Assembly (NCBI GenBank): GCA_951406725.2
Contig: OX597815.1
Coordinates: forward strand, 25,792,001 to 25,856,000
Direction: 5' to 3'
Source: Octopus vulgaris
Lineage: Eukaryota
Length of the DNA: 64,000 nt
Shown: positions 63,960 to 64,000 of the stretch, piece after piece
Numbering within the stretch: the stretch's first letter is position 1
Layout of the letters: the number at the start of each line of letters is the position of its first letter
The notes under the pieces: generated by a model
The model's database searches: none
Told to the model about the DNA's origin: nothing
Seen by the model: the letters and a program-made list of their open reading frames with translations, nothing else
Made by a program: the position numbers and the translations under genes

Positions 63960-64000
63960 CTTTCCTCCTTTACTTCAATTTCTTTATTTCTCCTCCTCCT

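Overview
AT-rich, microsatellite-dense eukaryotic DNA with no convincing host protein-coding gene. It is most likely intronic or intergenic cephalopod (Octopus-type) DNA, inferred from SINE families I recognise from memory and from the repeat landscape. Most ORFs in the track are read-throughs of (TA)n, (CA)n, (TACA)n, (TAGA)n and (ATT)n. The real content is mobile DNA. The largest element is a 5'-truncated Penelope-like element (PLE; RT + GIY-YIG, about 25921-29020) nested in a SINE. There is also a second, decayed PLE, mariner (DD34D) and maT (DD37D) relics, two Helitron-type elements, and fragments of R4/Dong-type, RTE, CR1-group and probable L1/Tx1-type LINEs. Many tRNA-derived SINEs are present, and two SINE tails can be matched to LINE tails in the same window. 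The main result is a set of hammerhead-ribozyme motifs in (TA)n-embedded PLE-type repeats: one canonical-core type I motif (44208-44285), four A6U variants, and a G3:C8-swapped variant in a fold-back. Most unusual are two copies (39518-39577, 54136-54196) whose three strands lie in a non-cyclic, pseudoknotted order that is not type I, II or III, supported by compensatory base changes between the copies. All ribozyme calls come from manual base-pairing and have not been tested for activity.
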